DNA of 23,819 bases from contig JAOZFT010000026.1 of NCBI GenBank assembly GCA_027492035.1, positions 1-23,819 on the forward strand, in the 5' to 3' direction. The stretch's first letter is position 1, and each line of letters begins with the position of its first letter. Positions 7,789 through 16,888 of the stretch are shown here, piece by piece. The position numbers were made by a program, and so were the translations under genes. A model generated the notes under the pieces. The model ran no database searches. It was not told the DNA's origin and worked only from the letters and a program-made list of their open reading frames with translations. The stretch comes from Thermoproteota archaeon (GTDB taxonomy: Archaea; Korarchaeota; JAOZGF01; JAOZFZ01).

Positions 7789-7938
7789 AAATATTTTTAC
7801 TTTCACCCTTCCTTCAACTTGGAAATTATTACTTGAAAAAATTAGTTTCTTTTCCATAAAATTTTTTAAGTAAATAACCTGTTGTTTTTTAGATTCACTT
7901 CACAATTTACTTAAAGTTTTTGGAGGGAACGGATTAGT

Positions 7939-9138
7939 TTGGGGAAACAAATCGGTTACTCCCACTACAAACTTGTTGTACTTGGTTCTTACATGTTCAT
8001 TGCAGCTTTAACCCAGCTTTTGTGGCTGAACTTCGCATCTATAACCTCTACTGTTCAACACATTTTTAATGTTTCTGAACTTGAAGTAGGCCTACTTTCA
8101 ACTGTTTTCCCTCTGCTTTTCATACCTTTAGCTATTCCTACAGGGGTATTAGCTGACAAGAAAGGATTTAAAGTTGCAGTAACAATCGGCGCAGTTTTTA
8201 CAGCTTTTTTTGCTTTCCTAAGATATTTCGCTTCAAGTTTTATTTCGTTACTTGCTTTTCAAGCGTTAGTGGCAGTAGGGCAGCCTTTCGTTTTTAACAG
8301 CATATCTAAACTTGTTAACGAATGGTTTCCTGCAGGTGAAAGAGCGTTAGCTACAGGTTTGGGGACAATGTCACTTTACCTAGGCATGATAGTAAGTTTA
8401 TCCCTTACCCCCTTCATTACAACTTCTTTAGGTTTTAAAAACATGTTATTAATTTACGGAGTGGTTTCTGTAATAGGGGCCCTGCTTTTCGTTTCTCTAG
8501 CTAAAGAAAAACCAACCCCGCGAAAAGAAACAGAGGAAGCAATTACCGAAAGTGTTTCACTAAAAGACCTAACCAAACTTTTAAAGGTGCGTAACTTAGT
8601 CATTCTAAACTTTCTATTTTTCATCGGTGTAGGGGTTTTCACTGCTTTTGCGACATGGATAGAGAAAATATTAACCCCTCAAGGGTTAACAATGACTGAG
8701 GCGGGGTTAGCTGGAGGTTTAATAATTTTGGGAGGAATCTTCGGCTCAATAGTTATTCCCGGCTTATCTGACAAATATATGAAAAGAAAACCCTTTATCT
8801 TAATGGATTTAGTTATTTCAACGATTATTTTCTTCATTCTACCTAGTTTAAAAGGGTTCTTAACTGTTTCAACTACTTTGTTCATACTCGGCTTCTTTTT
8901 AATGTCAGCTTTACCCTTAGGTTTAGAAATTTCGGCTGAAGCTGTTGAACAGTCACTAGTTGGAAGTGCAACAGCTTATCTTTGGATGTTTTCACAAATA
9001 GGTTCCGTAATTTTAATAATTGCTGCTGAATATGTAAAGACATTTTTTGGTGGATTCAGCTACGCAATCACCTTCTTTTCACTCTTAATTTTCATTTCTT
9101 TAATTACCTCCATTTTCCTACAGGAAAGAGGGAGATAA
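7939..9138 (+). CDS. MFS transporter (FLVCR/SLC49-like motifs)
   Basis: About 12 hydrophobic segments; GVLADKKG and GLSDKY motif-A loops; WLNFASI and GQPF...SKLVNEWFPAGERALAT resemble FLVCR-type MFS. Confidence 0.88.
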   Translation: MGKQIGYSHYKLVVLGSYMFIAALTQLLWLNFASITSTVQHIFNVSELEVGLLSTVFPLLFIPLAIPTGVLADKKGFKVAVTIGAVFTAFFAFLRYFASSFISLLAFQALVAVGQPFVFNSISKLVNEWFPAGERALATGLGTMSLYLGMIVSLSLTPFITTSLGFKNMLLIYGVVSVIGALLFVSLAKEKPTPRKETEEAITESVSLKDLTKLLKVRNLVILNFLFFIGVGVFTAFATWIEKILTPQGLTMTEAGLAGGLIILGGIFGSIVIPGLSDKYMKRKPFILMDLVISTIIFFILPSLKGFLTVSTTLFILGFFLMSALPLGLEISAEAVEQSLVGSATAYLWMFSQIGSVILIIAAEYVKTFFGGFSYAITFFSLLIFISLITSIFLQERGR

Positions 9139-9275
9139 CTTAAATAAACAAAGGGTCTTCTTGAATTTCTTCCGATTTTACAAAATCCTTCTCTCAAACA
9201 TTGAAGCTTTGCCACAAGTTCAGACAATTATAGCTTACCATCCCATCCCTTCTTTTTTTATTCAATAGATATGCA

Positions 9276-9713
9276 TTAAACACCTAAAGGCGAAGGAGGA
9301 AGACTGAGTACTCCCCTTAGCCACGGACTGTTGATAGTATTAAACAGGTTCTTACTGAAAATGTGCCAATAAAAAGGGAAGAGGTATTTCCAATTCCTGT
9401 ACACTTTTTTCCTTTTTCTTAGACGCCGCAGGATTACTTGTCTACCAGATTGAGTAATTTCATACATTAGTCTGTAGGTAGCAATCCTGATACTACGTGA
9501 CCCTTTTAAGTTACTCACTAATAACTTCCCTTTATATGGATTTCGGCTAAGTTCTCTTATGATTTCAGGTATTTTATTTGAAATTAGAGGGTTTCCTTTC
9601 ACTAATTTTCTTAGGTCAAACTCAAATTTTGATGTAATGATGAGGGTGTAAAGTTTACTTTTCCACTCCGCAATAAGCAAAGGGAGGAATGGAGTAACCA
9701 CTATGACCCCCAC
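9276..9713 (-). CDS. RelE/ParE-superfamily toxin-like protein (core about 9653-9396); start uncertain, possibly degenerate
   Basis: YTLIITSKFEFDLRKL...LSRNPYKGKLL..NLKGSRSIRIATYRLMYEI...VILRRLRKRKKVY is the RelE pattern; atypical N- and C-terminal extensions. Confidence 0.72.
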   Translation of the reverse strand: MGVIVVTPFLPLLIAEWKSKLYTLIITSKFEFDLRKLVKGNPLISNKIPEIIRELSRNPYKGKLLVSNLKGSRSIRIATYRLMYEITQSGRQVILRRLRKRKKVYRNWKYLFPFYWHIFSKNLFNTINSPWLRGVLSLPPSPLGV

Positions 9714-9789
9714 AACCTTTTAAAGTTCAGTTTAGCTCTGTGGGGGGTCACGTTTTTGTTAACGAAACATTAATGGAAGAATAAGCATG

Positions 9790-9822
9790 TCAACTGTGCA
9801 CATTGCACAATTGAATATATAA
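9790..9822 (-). promoter_or_regulatory. TATA box followed by palindromic operator-like site upstream of the relE-like gene
   Basis: Minus-strand TTATATA (9822-9816) abuts TCAACTGTGCA-CAT-TGCACAATTGA (9790-9814; 11-bp arms, one mismatch). Confidence 0.5.
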
Positions 9823-10141
9823 CTAAAATTAATTTTTATACATATATCTATACACATGTTTAATATTTGTGTAAAACATGTTTTTTAAATTTATCATGAA
9901 TTAAAACGTATAATACATCGTCATTTGATATATTCAGATTCATTCACGTCTGTTTAATGCACGCCCACTTGATTCATTACATAAATCTACGTAAACTCAA
10001 TAAATGAGCAATTTCTTAAAATTGGAAAATTAAAAAGGGTAGCACAGTACTTACGGGTAAGGTGACAAGGTAGCATACTTTCCCTTGATTTCCATATTTC
10101 ACTTAACTTTTATTAATCTAGAACAGGAGAGGATAGTAACT

Positions 10142-11332
10142 TTAGGGTACAACATAAATTTGTTTTACTTCTGGAACGAAAGCTTCAAAACCTCTTTCTT
10201 GCGCCGTTTGCAGGAACAGTTTGTTGTTCCAGGAGTCTCCGTGCGTCACAACAGTTACTTTAGGCTGTAGGGCTTTAACTATTTTATAAGCATGCTCAGG
10301 CGAAGTTGAGGGTGACCCTCCGCCGACGCCTACGAAAGCTACGTCTGCTCCCCCAAGTAAGTTTATTGTTGTGACATAAGATGAATCTGCTGAATCAAAG
10401 AATCTAATTCCGTCAACTTCTATTAAGGGCAGCATTACAGGCACAGTATGGCTTCCCCCTACTGCTTTAATGGTTATCCCCCTTATATGATATGTTTGCA
10501 CTTCGAAGCTTTTTAGCTGTATCAAATCTTCTTCAGGTATAACGTTTCGTAAACTCACATAGACGCTGAGTTCAGCTAAAACTTTACATTTGGTCTTTTG
10601 ATAAATTTCTTCAGCTGCTTCTTTATTATAGTTTTCATCATGGATGTGAGTATAAATCAATAAGTCTAATCCTTTTAATGCATTTATTTCTTCGGGTTTC
10701 AAGTAGTTTGCTACATCTATGGCTATTAGATGTTCTTTTGTTTTAATTATTAATCCACTTTTGCCCAGGAAAATGAAGGCCAGTTCCCCTTCGCTTACTC
10801 CTTTTTCAATTAAATTTGTGACTACAGTTTCTTTTATGTAAGGGTTTGTGCCGCTCAGTATTTCTCTTATGTTGTTAAATGTATCTCCATCAAAGTCTGA
10901 ATAAAGGATATTTGCTGTTTCTTTCCTTGTGTGACCTGCTAAAATATAAAATGTTGTACCACCTAGGGTGAGGTTGTAGATTATTTTTGCTGCAGGGTTT
11001 GTTTCAAGTTGTGCCTTAATGTTTGAAGGTAAGTACACATTTGCCAAGTTTTCAGGCATGAACTCATCCAAGTAGGCTAGATGACCACCTAAAATGATTA
11101 CGTGTTGGTAGTTGTTTAGTTCGAGGGGGTCCGTAACCCTGTAAACCTGTATTCCTGTTTTGTTTGAAGCCTCTATTAAACTGAATCTGCAAAGGTTCCA
11201 ATCTACTTCATTTGAATAAACAGCAAAACCGCTTATTTTTTGGCAGTAGGATGGAGCCGAGACAATGCACAAGGGAGAGAATAGTAAAATTGGGATAAGT
11301 GACAGAAAAAATTTTTTAGTGTTTAAATTCAT
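10142..11332 (-). CDS. Secreted/surface protein with C-terminal metallo-beta-lactamase-fold domain
   Basis: Signal-peptide-like N-terminus; FLGKSGLIIK, IAID, LIYTHIHD, GSH, ADS and VVTHG MBL-fold landmarks; DFDGD...E...GTNP Ca-binding-like motif. Confidence 0.72.
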   Translation of the reverse strand: MNLNTKKFFLSLIPILLFSPLCIVSAPSYCQKISGFAVYSNEVDWNLCRFSLIEASNKTGIQVYRVTDPLELNNYQHVIILGGHLAYLDEFMPENLANVYLPSNIKAQLETNPAAKIIYNLTLGGTTFYILAGHTRKETANILYSDFDGDTFNNIREILSGTNPYIKETVVTNLIEKGVSEGELAFIFLGKSGLIIKTKEHLIAIDVANYLKPEEINALKGLDLLIYTHIHDENYNKEAAEEIYQKTKCKVLAELSVYVSLRNVIPEEDLIQLKSFEVQTYHIRGITIKAVGGSHTVPVMLPLIEVDGIRFFDSADSSYVTTINLLGGADVAFVGVGGGSPSTSPEHAYKIVKALQPKVTVVTHGDSWNNKLFLQTAQERGFEAFVPEVKQIYVVP

Positions 11333-11381
11333 TATTTTTTCACCGTTTCTCCGAAAAAGAGGACTTAGAAATTTCTTGGAA

Positions 11382-12500
11382 TCATTTTTGTTTCCTATAT
11401 AAATATTTTATTATTTCTTTCAAATTATTGATTACGTCTTCTGTCTTAGCCATGCCGCCTAAATCTGGGGTTCTTACTTTTCCCTTTTTCAGTTGCTGGG
11501 CTACAGCTTCCTCAATTAATTCACCACCTTTCTCCAGTTCTCTGTCGTTACGTTGCTCAGCTAACCATTCAATCATTAATTTAGCTGACAGAACTGAAGC
11601 TAGAGGGTTTGCTATATGTTTGCCATAAATGTCAGGAGCTGTTCCATGTACAGGTTCAAACATTGCATGTTTATCACCTATGTTTCCAGACGGTGCTAAA
11701 CCCAAGCCTCCTTGTAGAACCGAGGCTAAGTCGGTTATTATGTCGCCGAACATGTTGGTTGTAACCACTACGTCAAATTTTTCAGGTGATTTTATGACTT
11801 GAATAGTCCAAGCGTCTACGTAGCTAAAGTTTTTTTCAACATTTGGGTACTTTTTCCCCACTTCTTTAAAGGTTTCACGGAAAAATAGACACCCTTTTAA
11901 CACATTACTTTTATCTACAATAGTTACTCTTTTTTTACCGTCTAAAGGGGCACCTTTCCTCTTTAGAGAGACTTGAAAAGCTTTTTCAATTATTCTTTCA
12001 CATCCCTTCCTTGTTATGATCCTTACGTCTACTGCTTCCTCTTTCTTTGACCCTCTCTTAAGTTCTCCACCGACTTGCACATACAATCCTTCAGTGTTTT
12101 CTCTTACAACAACAAAATCTATTTCCGCTGGCTTTTTTCCTTTAACAGGGATGTCTACTCCAGGGTAAAGTTTTACAGGCCTTATGTTTGCGTAGAGATC
12201 TAAATCAAATCTTAGTTTCAGTAGAGTTTTTATCCCTACCAGGTTTCCGTCCGGGTAAACAGCTTTAGGCCACCCTACTCCACCAAAGAACACTGCATCA
12301 TTTTTCTTCGCGACGTCAATTAGATCTGCAGGAGCTTCTTCACCTGTTTCCAACCAATGTTGACCACCTATTTCAAGCTCTGTAAAGTTGAAAGAAAAGG
12401 CTTCAAAGAGGTCTTCAAGCAATGTTAAAATTTTCAGTGTTTCAGGGATAACTTCCTTACCTATCCCATCCCCTGGTAAAACAAGTATTTTGTAATTCAT
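11382..12500 (-). CDS. leuB: 3-isopropylmalate dehydrogenase (isocitrate/isopropylmalate dehydrogenase family)
   Basis: [43 protein letters not shown]; downstream of leuCD. Confidence 0.82.
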   Translation of the reverse strand: MNYKILVLPGDGIGKEVIPETLKILTLLEDLFEAFSFNFTELEIGGQHWLETGEEAPADLIDVAKKNDAVFFGGVGWPKAVYPDGNLVGIKTLLKLRFDLDLYANIRPVKLYPGVDIPVKGKKPAEIDFVVVRENTEGLYVQVGGELKRGSKKEEAVDVRIITRKGCERIIEKAFQVSLKRKGAPLDGKKRVTIVDKSNVLKGCLFFRETFKEVGKKYPNVEKNFSYVDAWTIQVIKSPEKFDVVVTTNMFGDIITDLASVLQGGLGLAPSGNIGDKHAMFEPVHGTAPDIYGKHIANPLASVLSAKLMIEWLAEQRNDRELEKGGELIEEAVAQQLKKGKVRTPDLGGMAKTEDVINNLKEIIKYLYRKQK

Positions 12501-12516
12501 TTCTTTTTCCTCTTCC

Positions 12517-13026
12517 TTATTTAGACAGTTTAGAAACTTCTCTTTTTGTTCGTAAGTATTTTATGAGGCCACCTGCCTTGATTATCTCCAGTGCATAGCT
12601 ACTGAGGGGTTCAGCTTTAAACACTTCATTCCTTGTTATGTTTCTTATTTCTCCAGTAACTAGGTTTACTTCTGCTTCGTCGAAACTTTTGAATTTTTTA
12701 CTTATTCTTTGACAAGTTAGGACAGGAAGAGCTAAGTTTATAGCATTTCTGAAAAAAATCCTAGCTACACTCTCAGCTACTATAGTTTTCACTCCTGCAT
12801 ATTTTAAAGCTAAAGGGGCGTGCTCCCTGCTTGATCCTCCTCCAAAGTTTCTGCCTGCCACCAGAATTACTCCCTCCCTTGCTTTCTCTAGGAATTTTTT
12901 ATCCACTGTCTCCATTGCGTGTTCAGCTAACTTGTAGGGGTTATTGATCACTAGGTATCTGCCAGGAATTATTAAGTCAGTGTTTACGTTATTTCCATAA
13001 ACCAAGACTTTCCCTTTGATTTTCAT
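12517..13026 (-). CDS. leuD: 3-isopropylmalate dehydratase small subunit
   Basis: NVNTDLIIPGRYL, NFGGGSSREHA, ARIFFRNAINL; the YLVI loop is the IPMI-type signature rather than homoaconitase YLRT. Confidence 0.88.
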   Translation of the reverse strand: MKIKGKVLVYGNNVNTDLIIPGRYLVINNPYKLAEHAMETVDKKFLEKAREGVILVAGRNFGGGSSREHAPLALKYAGVKTIVAESVARIFFRNAINLALPVLTCQRISKKFKSFDEAEVNLVTGEIRNITRNEVFKAEPLSSYALEIIKAGGLIKYLRTKREVSKLSK

Positions 13027-14291
13027 TTCAAATACCTCCTCGGATCTGTTATTTCTCCATTAATTGCTGAAGCTGTAACTGTGAGGGGGGAAGCTAAGTA
13101 AATGTAAGCTTTCGGACTTCCCATTCTTCCCCTGAAATTCCTGTTTGATGAACTTATTGCTACTTCTCCTGCAGCCAGTAAACCTACGTGGCCCCCTATA
13201 CATACTGTACAGCCTGGATTAGTTACTATTGCACCTGCTTTCAAAAGAGTTTCAAGTACCCCTCCCCTTTCCATTTCTAAATATATTTTTCTTGAAGCTG
13301 GTGAGACTATAAACCTTACTTTCCTGTCTATTTTTCTTCCTTTGAGCATTTTAGCTGCTAACTCCATGTCTTTAAGTCTTCCATTTGTACATGAACCGAG
13401 GAACGCTTGGTTTATGGGTACTCCTTCAACTTCGTTTACAGATTTGATGTTATCAACTGCATGGGGAACTGCAACTTGTGGTTCTAAGTTTTCAATATTA
13501 AACTTTATTTTTTCATCATATTCAGCTTCGGGGTCGCTTTTTAAAGGTTTAACTGGGAATTTTGCTCTTCCTTTTAAGTATTGAATAGTTTTTTCGTCTG
13601 GTTCAATTATTCCTGCCTTCGCCCCCATTTCAACTGCCATGTTTGAAATGGTCATTCTTTCACTTACATCCATTTCTTTAACGGTTTCACCTTTGAACTC
13701 CACTGATTTGTAGTTAGCTCCTTCAGCTCCTATTTCACCTATGACGTGAAGTATAATATCTTTACTTGTTAAGTAATTTTTCTTTTTTCCCTCTATCTTT
13801 ATTTCCATTGTTTCAGGCATTTTAACCCATAGTTCACCTGTAGCTAAAATTGCTGCTAGATCTGTATGGCCTATACCTGTCGAAAAAGCGCCCAGGGCTC
13901 CATAGGTCGTTGTATGCGAATCTCCTCCGACTATAAACATTCCAGGTGAAATATAGCCTTTTTCTGGAAGGATTTGGTGACAGATTCCCTCCCCTACGTC
14001 ATAGAAGTTTTTTATCCCTTGCTGTTCCACAAACTCCCTTATTTTCTTTTGGTTTTCAGCTGCTTGAATTGAGCTTGGAGGAGACTGATGGTCAAATACA
14101 ACAATTATTTTTTCGGGGTTCCACACTTTGTCTTTCCCTATTTCTTTCAGTAAATTGATTGCAGGCAAACCTGTTATATCATGCATCATAACCAGGTCAG
14201 GTTTAGCGAAATAGATTTCTCCCTTTTCAGGTTTATTCACACCTGTAGCTTTTGAGAGGATTTTCTCTGTTAATGTCCTTTTCCCAAGCAT
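13023..14291 (-). CDS. leuC: 3-isopropylmalate dehydratase large subunit
   Basis: GICHQ, DSHT, GSCTNGR, CTVCIG [4Fe-4S] ligands, NRNFRGRMG. Confidence 0.9.
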   Translation of the reverse strand: MLGKRTLTEKILSKATGVNKPEKGEIYFAKPDLVMMHDITGLPAINLLKEIGKDKVWNPEKIIVVFDHQSPPSSIQAAENQKKIREFVEQQGIKNFYDVGEGICHQILPEKGYISPGMFIVGGDSHTTTYGALGAFSTGIGHTDLAAILATGELWVKMPETMEIKIEGKKKNYLTSKDIILHVIGEIGAEGANYKSVEFKGETVKEMDVSERMTISNMAVEMGAKAGIIEPDEKTIQYLKGRAKFPVKPLKSDPEAEYDEKIKFNIENLEPQVAVPHAVDNIKSVNEVEGVPINQAFLGSCTNGRLKDMELAAKMLKGRKIDRKVRFIVSPASRKIYLEMERGGVLETLLKAGAIVTNPGCTVCIGGHVGLLAAGEVAISSSNRNFRGRMGSPKAYIYLASPLTVTASAINGEITDPRRYLK

Positions 14292-14323
14292 TTCTTTACT
14301 TAACCCCTTACTTTATAAGTCTT

Positions 14324-15301
14324 TTATTTTATCTTGGCCAATTTACGTATTTTAGAGCCTACTTCCTCAATTTCATGAGAAGAAATTTTTTGGAGAAGTT
14401 TCTCCAGTGTTTTTCCGCCACTTTCGTACTCTTTAACCCATTCCTTAGCGAAGCTACCGTTTCTAACTTTTTCAGCTGCTTTCTTCATGCTTTCTTTCAC
14501 GTGTTCATCTAGAACTTGTGGGCCTACTTTTAAGCCTCCATATCTTGCAGTTACACTTACAGAATTCAGCATGCCTGTGAACCCTCTTGAGTAGATTAGA
14601 TCCATTATAAGTTTAGCTTCATTTAAAACTTCAAAGTAAGCCACTTCCGGTTGATAACCCAGCTCTGTTAACACCTCAAACCCTTTTTTTATGAGTTCTA
14701 TTAAGCCTCCAACTAGAACTGCTTGTTCACCTATTAAGTCTGTTTCTGTTTCTTCCTTGAAGGTTGTTTCAATTAAACCTACTCTGGCTGAACCTATTGC
14801 CTTCCCTATTTCTAAAGCCTTTTCCTTAGCTTTTCCTGTGTAGTTTTGATGAACAGCGATAAGTGAAGGGACACCGAACCCTTCAAGGTAATTCCGCCTC
14901 ACTACAGCCCCTGGCCCTTTTGGTGCAACCATGAATACATCCACGTTTTCAGGGGGGGTTATCAGGTTGTAATGTATGGCGAAACCATGTGCAAAGCAAA
15001 GAGCTTTACCTTCTGAGAGATTGGGTCCTATTTCACCCTTAAAAACTTTGCTTTGAACCATGTCAGGGATTAGAACTAAAATAACATCCCCTTCCTCAGT
15101 GGCCTCATTAACTTTCTTGACTTGAAACCCTTCTTTTTCGGCTTTACTCCATGACTTCCCTTTTCTTAACCCTATTATTACGTTTAAACCGGAGTCTCTC
15201 ATGTTTAAGGCTTGAGCCCTTCCTTGGCTTCCGTAACCTATAACGGAAACCGTTTTGTTTCTAAGAATATTTGTTTGAATGTCTTCTTCCCTATAAATCA
15301 T
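14324..15301 (-). CDS. ilvC: Ketol-acid reductoisomerase (start taken as ATG at 15301; ORF track gives TTG at 15319)
   Basis: [34 protein letters not shown]; SD GGTGA lies upstream of ATG 15301. Confidence 0.95.
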   Translation of the reverse strand: MIYREEDIQTNILRNKTVSVIGYGSQGRAQALNMRDSGLNVIIGLRKGKSWSKAEKEGFQVKKVNEATEEGDVILVLIPDMVQSKVFKGEIGPNLSEGKALCFAHGFAIHYNLITPPENVDVFMVAPKGPGAVVRRNYLEGFGVPSLIAVHQNYTGKAKEKALEIGKAIGSARVGLIETTFKEETETDLIGEQAVLVGGLIELIKKGFEVLTELGYQPEVAYFEVLNEAKLIMDLIYSRGFTGMLNSVSVTARYGGLKVGPQVLDEHVKESMKKAAEKVRNGSFAKEWVKEYESGGKTLEKLLQKISSHEIEEVGSKIRKLAKIK

Positions 15302-15753
15302 TTTTAGATCACCTTCCAAATTTTCTGCCAGTTAAAGGTGGGGAGTGTGAAGTTCATTTAAAGTTCCCTCAAAAGTTAAGTAACTGAATGAAGACAGGAA
15401 AATGTGTAAAGCAGTAAATTTATTTAGTAAAACAGGGTTGAAACTGTATTCTGCAATTTGGAAAAATTCTAAGATTTCCAAAGGACAGAGGAATAGTTCT
15501 TTTTTACCCTGAAACTTGATTTTTTGGCTGCTATTTAAGGAACAAAAAACACTCCCCTTTCTTCATGAAAACACACAACTCCTTAAAAGGAATAAAAGGG
15601 TACTGTGAATCTGAAGAAAAGAACTTATAAATTTTTCTTTTTTCAATTCACCAATTTTCGATGGACGCAGTGTCCGTCACTGAAAAATGTCTAGAGGGTA
15701 AAGATACTGAATCCGGTGGACACGTGATCTGGAGCCTGAACAATGAACCTTGC

Positions 15754-16827
15754 TTATTTTCCAGACACATTTTTCCAAATTCTGTAACCAAGTTTTTCGG
15801 TTCCATCAGTTTTGATTAACCCGATTGCATCATTTTCATTAAGATCATGAAGCCATGGCCATCCAAACAAATAAAGGTTTACTCCTTTATCCCGAGTAAG
15901 TCGCCCAGTTGCTTGCATAATGAAATCAACTTGTGCTTGCTCCCCTCCAAATGCGTCAGTTGATGGCCAAGCGATTTCACTGAAACCAAATGGTTTCTCC
16001 GGCATATAACTCGCTGCCCTCAAATAATAATTATCAGGAATCATTGAAGGACTGGTTTTTCCAAGTGCATATGGATAACTGGTAAAAACCAGTAAATCCA
16101 TTTTGTCCCTGTTAAACAAGCGAAGAACCTCAAGATTTGCTTCACGGTTTTCCTGAACAATTTCTCTGGCGAACACACAGAAGATCATTGTCTCTGGCGA
16201 TAGTTTCTTAATGTCATCGTAAATTTCCTCGTAAAGGCTGACATAGTTCTTAAAACCATTGGCCCCGTCTTCACCATATTTTTCATACCACCTGTTAACT
16301 TCGTTCCCAAGTGAAATATATCGTGGCTTCACAGCTTTCACAACATCAAGCGCCGCTTGTTTATATGCCGCTCTCCATGCAAGGTCGCTTAAAGTAGCGT
16401 TTTCCATCCCAGGCGGCATAGCAAGAGTTACTCCGCTTTCAATAAAGGATAAATGAATTATTGGAAACATTCCATTGCCACGAATAAGTTTTTTAACAAA
16501 GATTTGCCCCCAACTCCCACTTAAGTCAACTGCAAGATTGTAAAATGGAGTAGGTCTTCCCCATACTGGAACGAATTCTGAATACCGAGCAGCTTGTGTG
16601 TATGCATCATTGAATGACTGACCTTGAGCAGCAGTGGGCAGTATCCCCATAAAGAATCCACGTGGCGGAAGCTGCGGAGAATCTATTGGAACAAGCTTTC
16701 CTGGTTTAGTAAGGGCTGTTTCTTTTTTTGTACACCCGCTTACACACACAACTCCGATTAAAACCATTACACAAATTGCTAACACTTCAGAGTTTCTTAT
16801 ACCTATTTCCACTGTTTCCTTACCCAC
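15754..16827 (-). CDS. Lipoprotein clan GH-A-like glycoside hydrolase (TIM barrel)
   Basis: Hydrophobic stretch with lipobox VSGC; SLGNEVN acid/base and FSEIAWPS nucleophile motifs; GL...DGTEK C-terminal motif. Confidence 0.72.
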   Translation of the reverse strand: MGKETVEIGIRNSEVLAICVMVLIGVVCVSGCTKKETALTKPGKLVPIDSPQLPPRGFFMGILPTAAQGQSFNDAYTQAARYSEFVPVWGRPTPFYNLAVDLSGSWGQIFVKKLIRGNGMFPIIHLSFIESGVTLAMPPGMENATLSDLAWRAAYKQAALDVVKAVKPRYISLGNEVNRWYEKYGEDGANGFKNYVSLYEEIYDDIKKLSPETMIFCVFAREIVQENREANLEVLRLFNRDKMDLLVFTSYPYALGKTSPSMIPDNYYLRAASYMPEKPFGFSEIAWPSTDAFGGEQAQVDFIMQATGRLTRDKGVNLYLFGWPWLHDLNENDAIGLIKTDGTEKLGYRIWKNVSGK

Positions 16828-16888
16828 ATATTCAAGTTTTTTTCTACTTCACATCCTCCATCTTAAATCGAGTTTTTAAGGGAGAAAC

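Noticed and set aside
9140-9241. Minus-strand MVSYNCLN.. resembling a frameshifted zinc-ribbon gene
   Set aside because: Needs a frameshift to create CxxC and has no second Cys pair; unsupported.
9278-9310. ACCTAAAGGCGAAGGAGGAAG resembling IS200/IS605 end sequences
   Set aside because: No proper subterminal hairpin and no tnpA/tnpB remnant nearby.
9820-10140. AT-rich region as a replication origin
   Set aside because: No ORB-like repeats and no cdc6/orc1 gene in the window.
12517-14291. leuC/leuD as homoaconitase (lysine or coenzyme B pathway)
   Set aside because: YLVI loop in the small subunit and operon context with ilvC favour isopropylmalate isomerase.
15332-15562. 76-codon minus-strand open frame upstream of ilvC containing SSQKIKFQ, also found at the CinA-N C-terminus
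   Set aside because: No start codon near its 5' end and no recognisable domain; the short match is in A-rich sequence and probably chance. No Leu/Ile/Val leader-peptide attenuator is evident.
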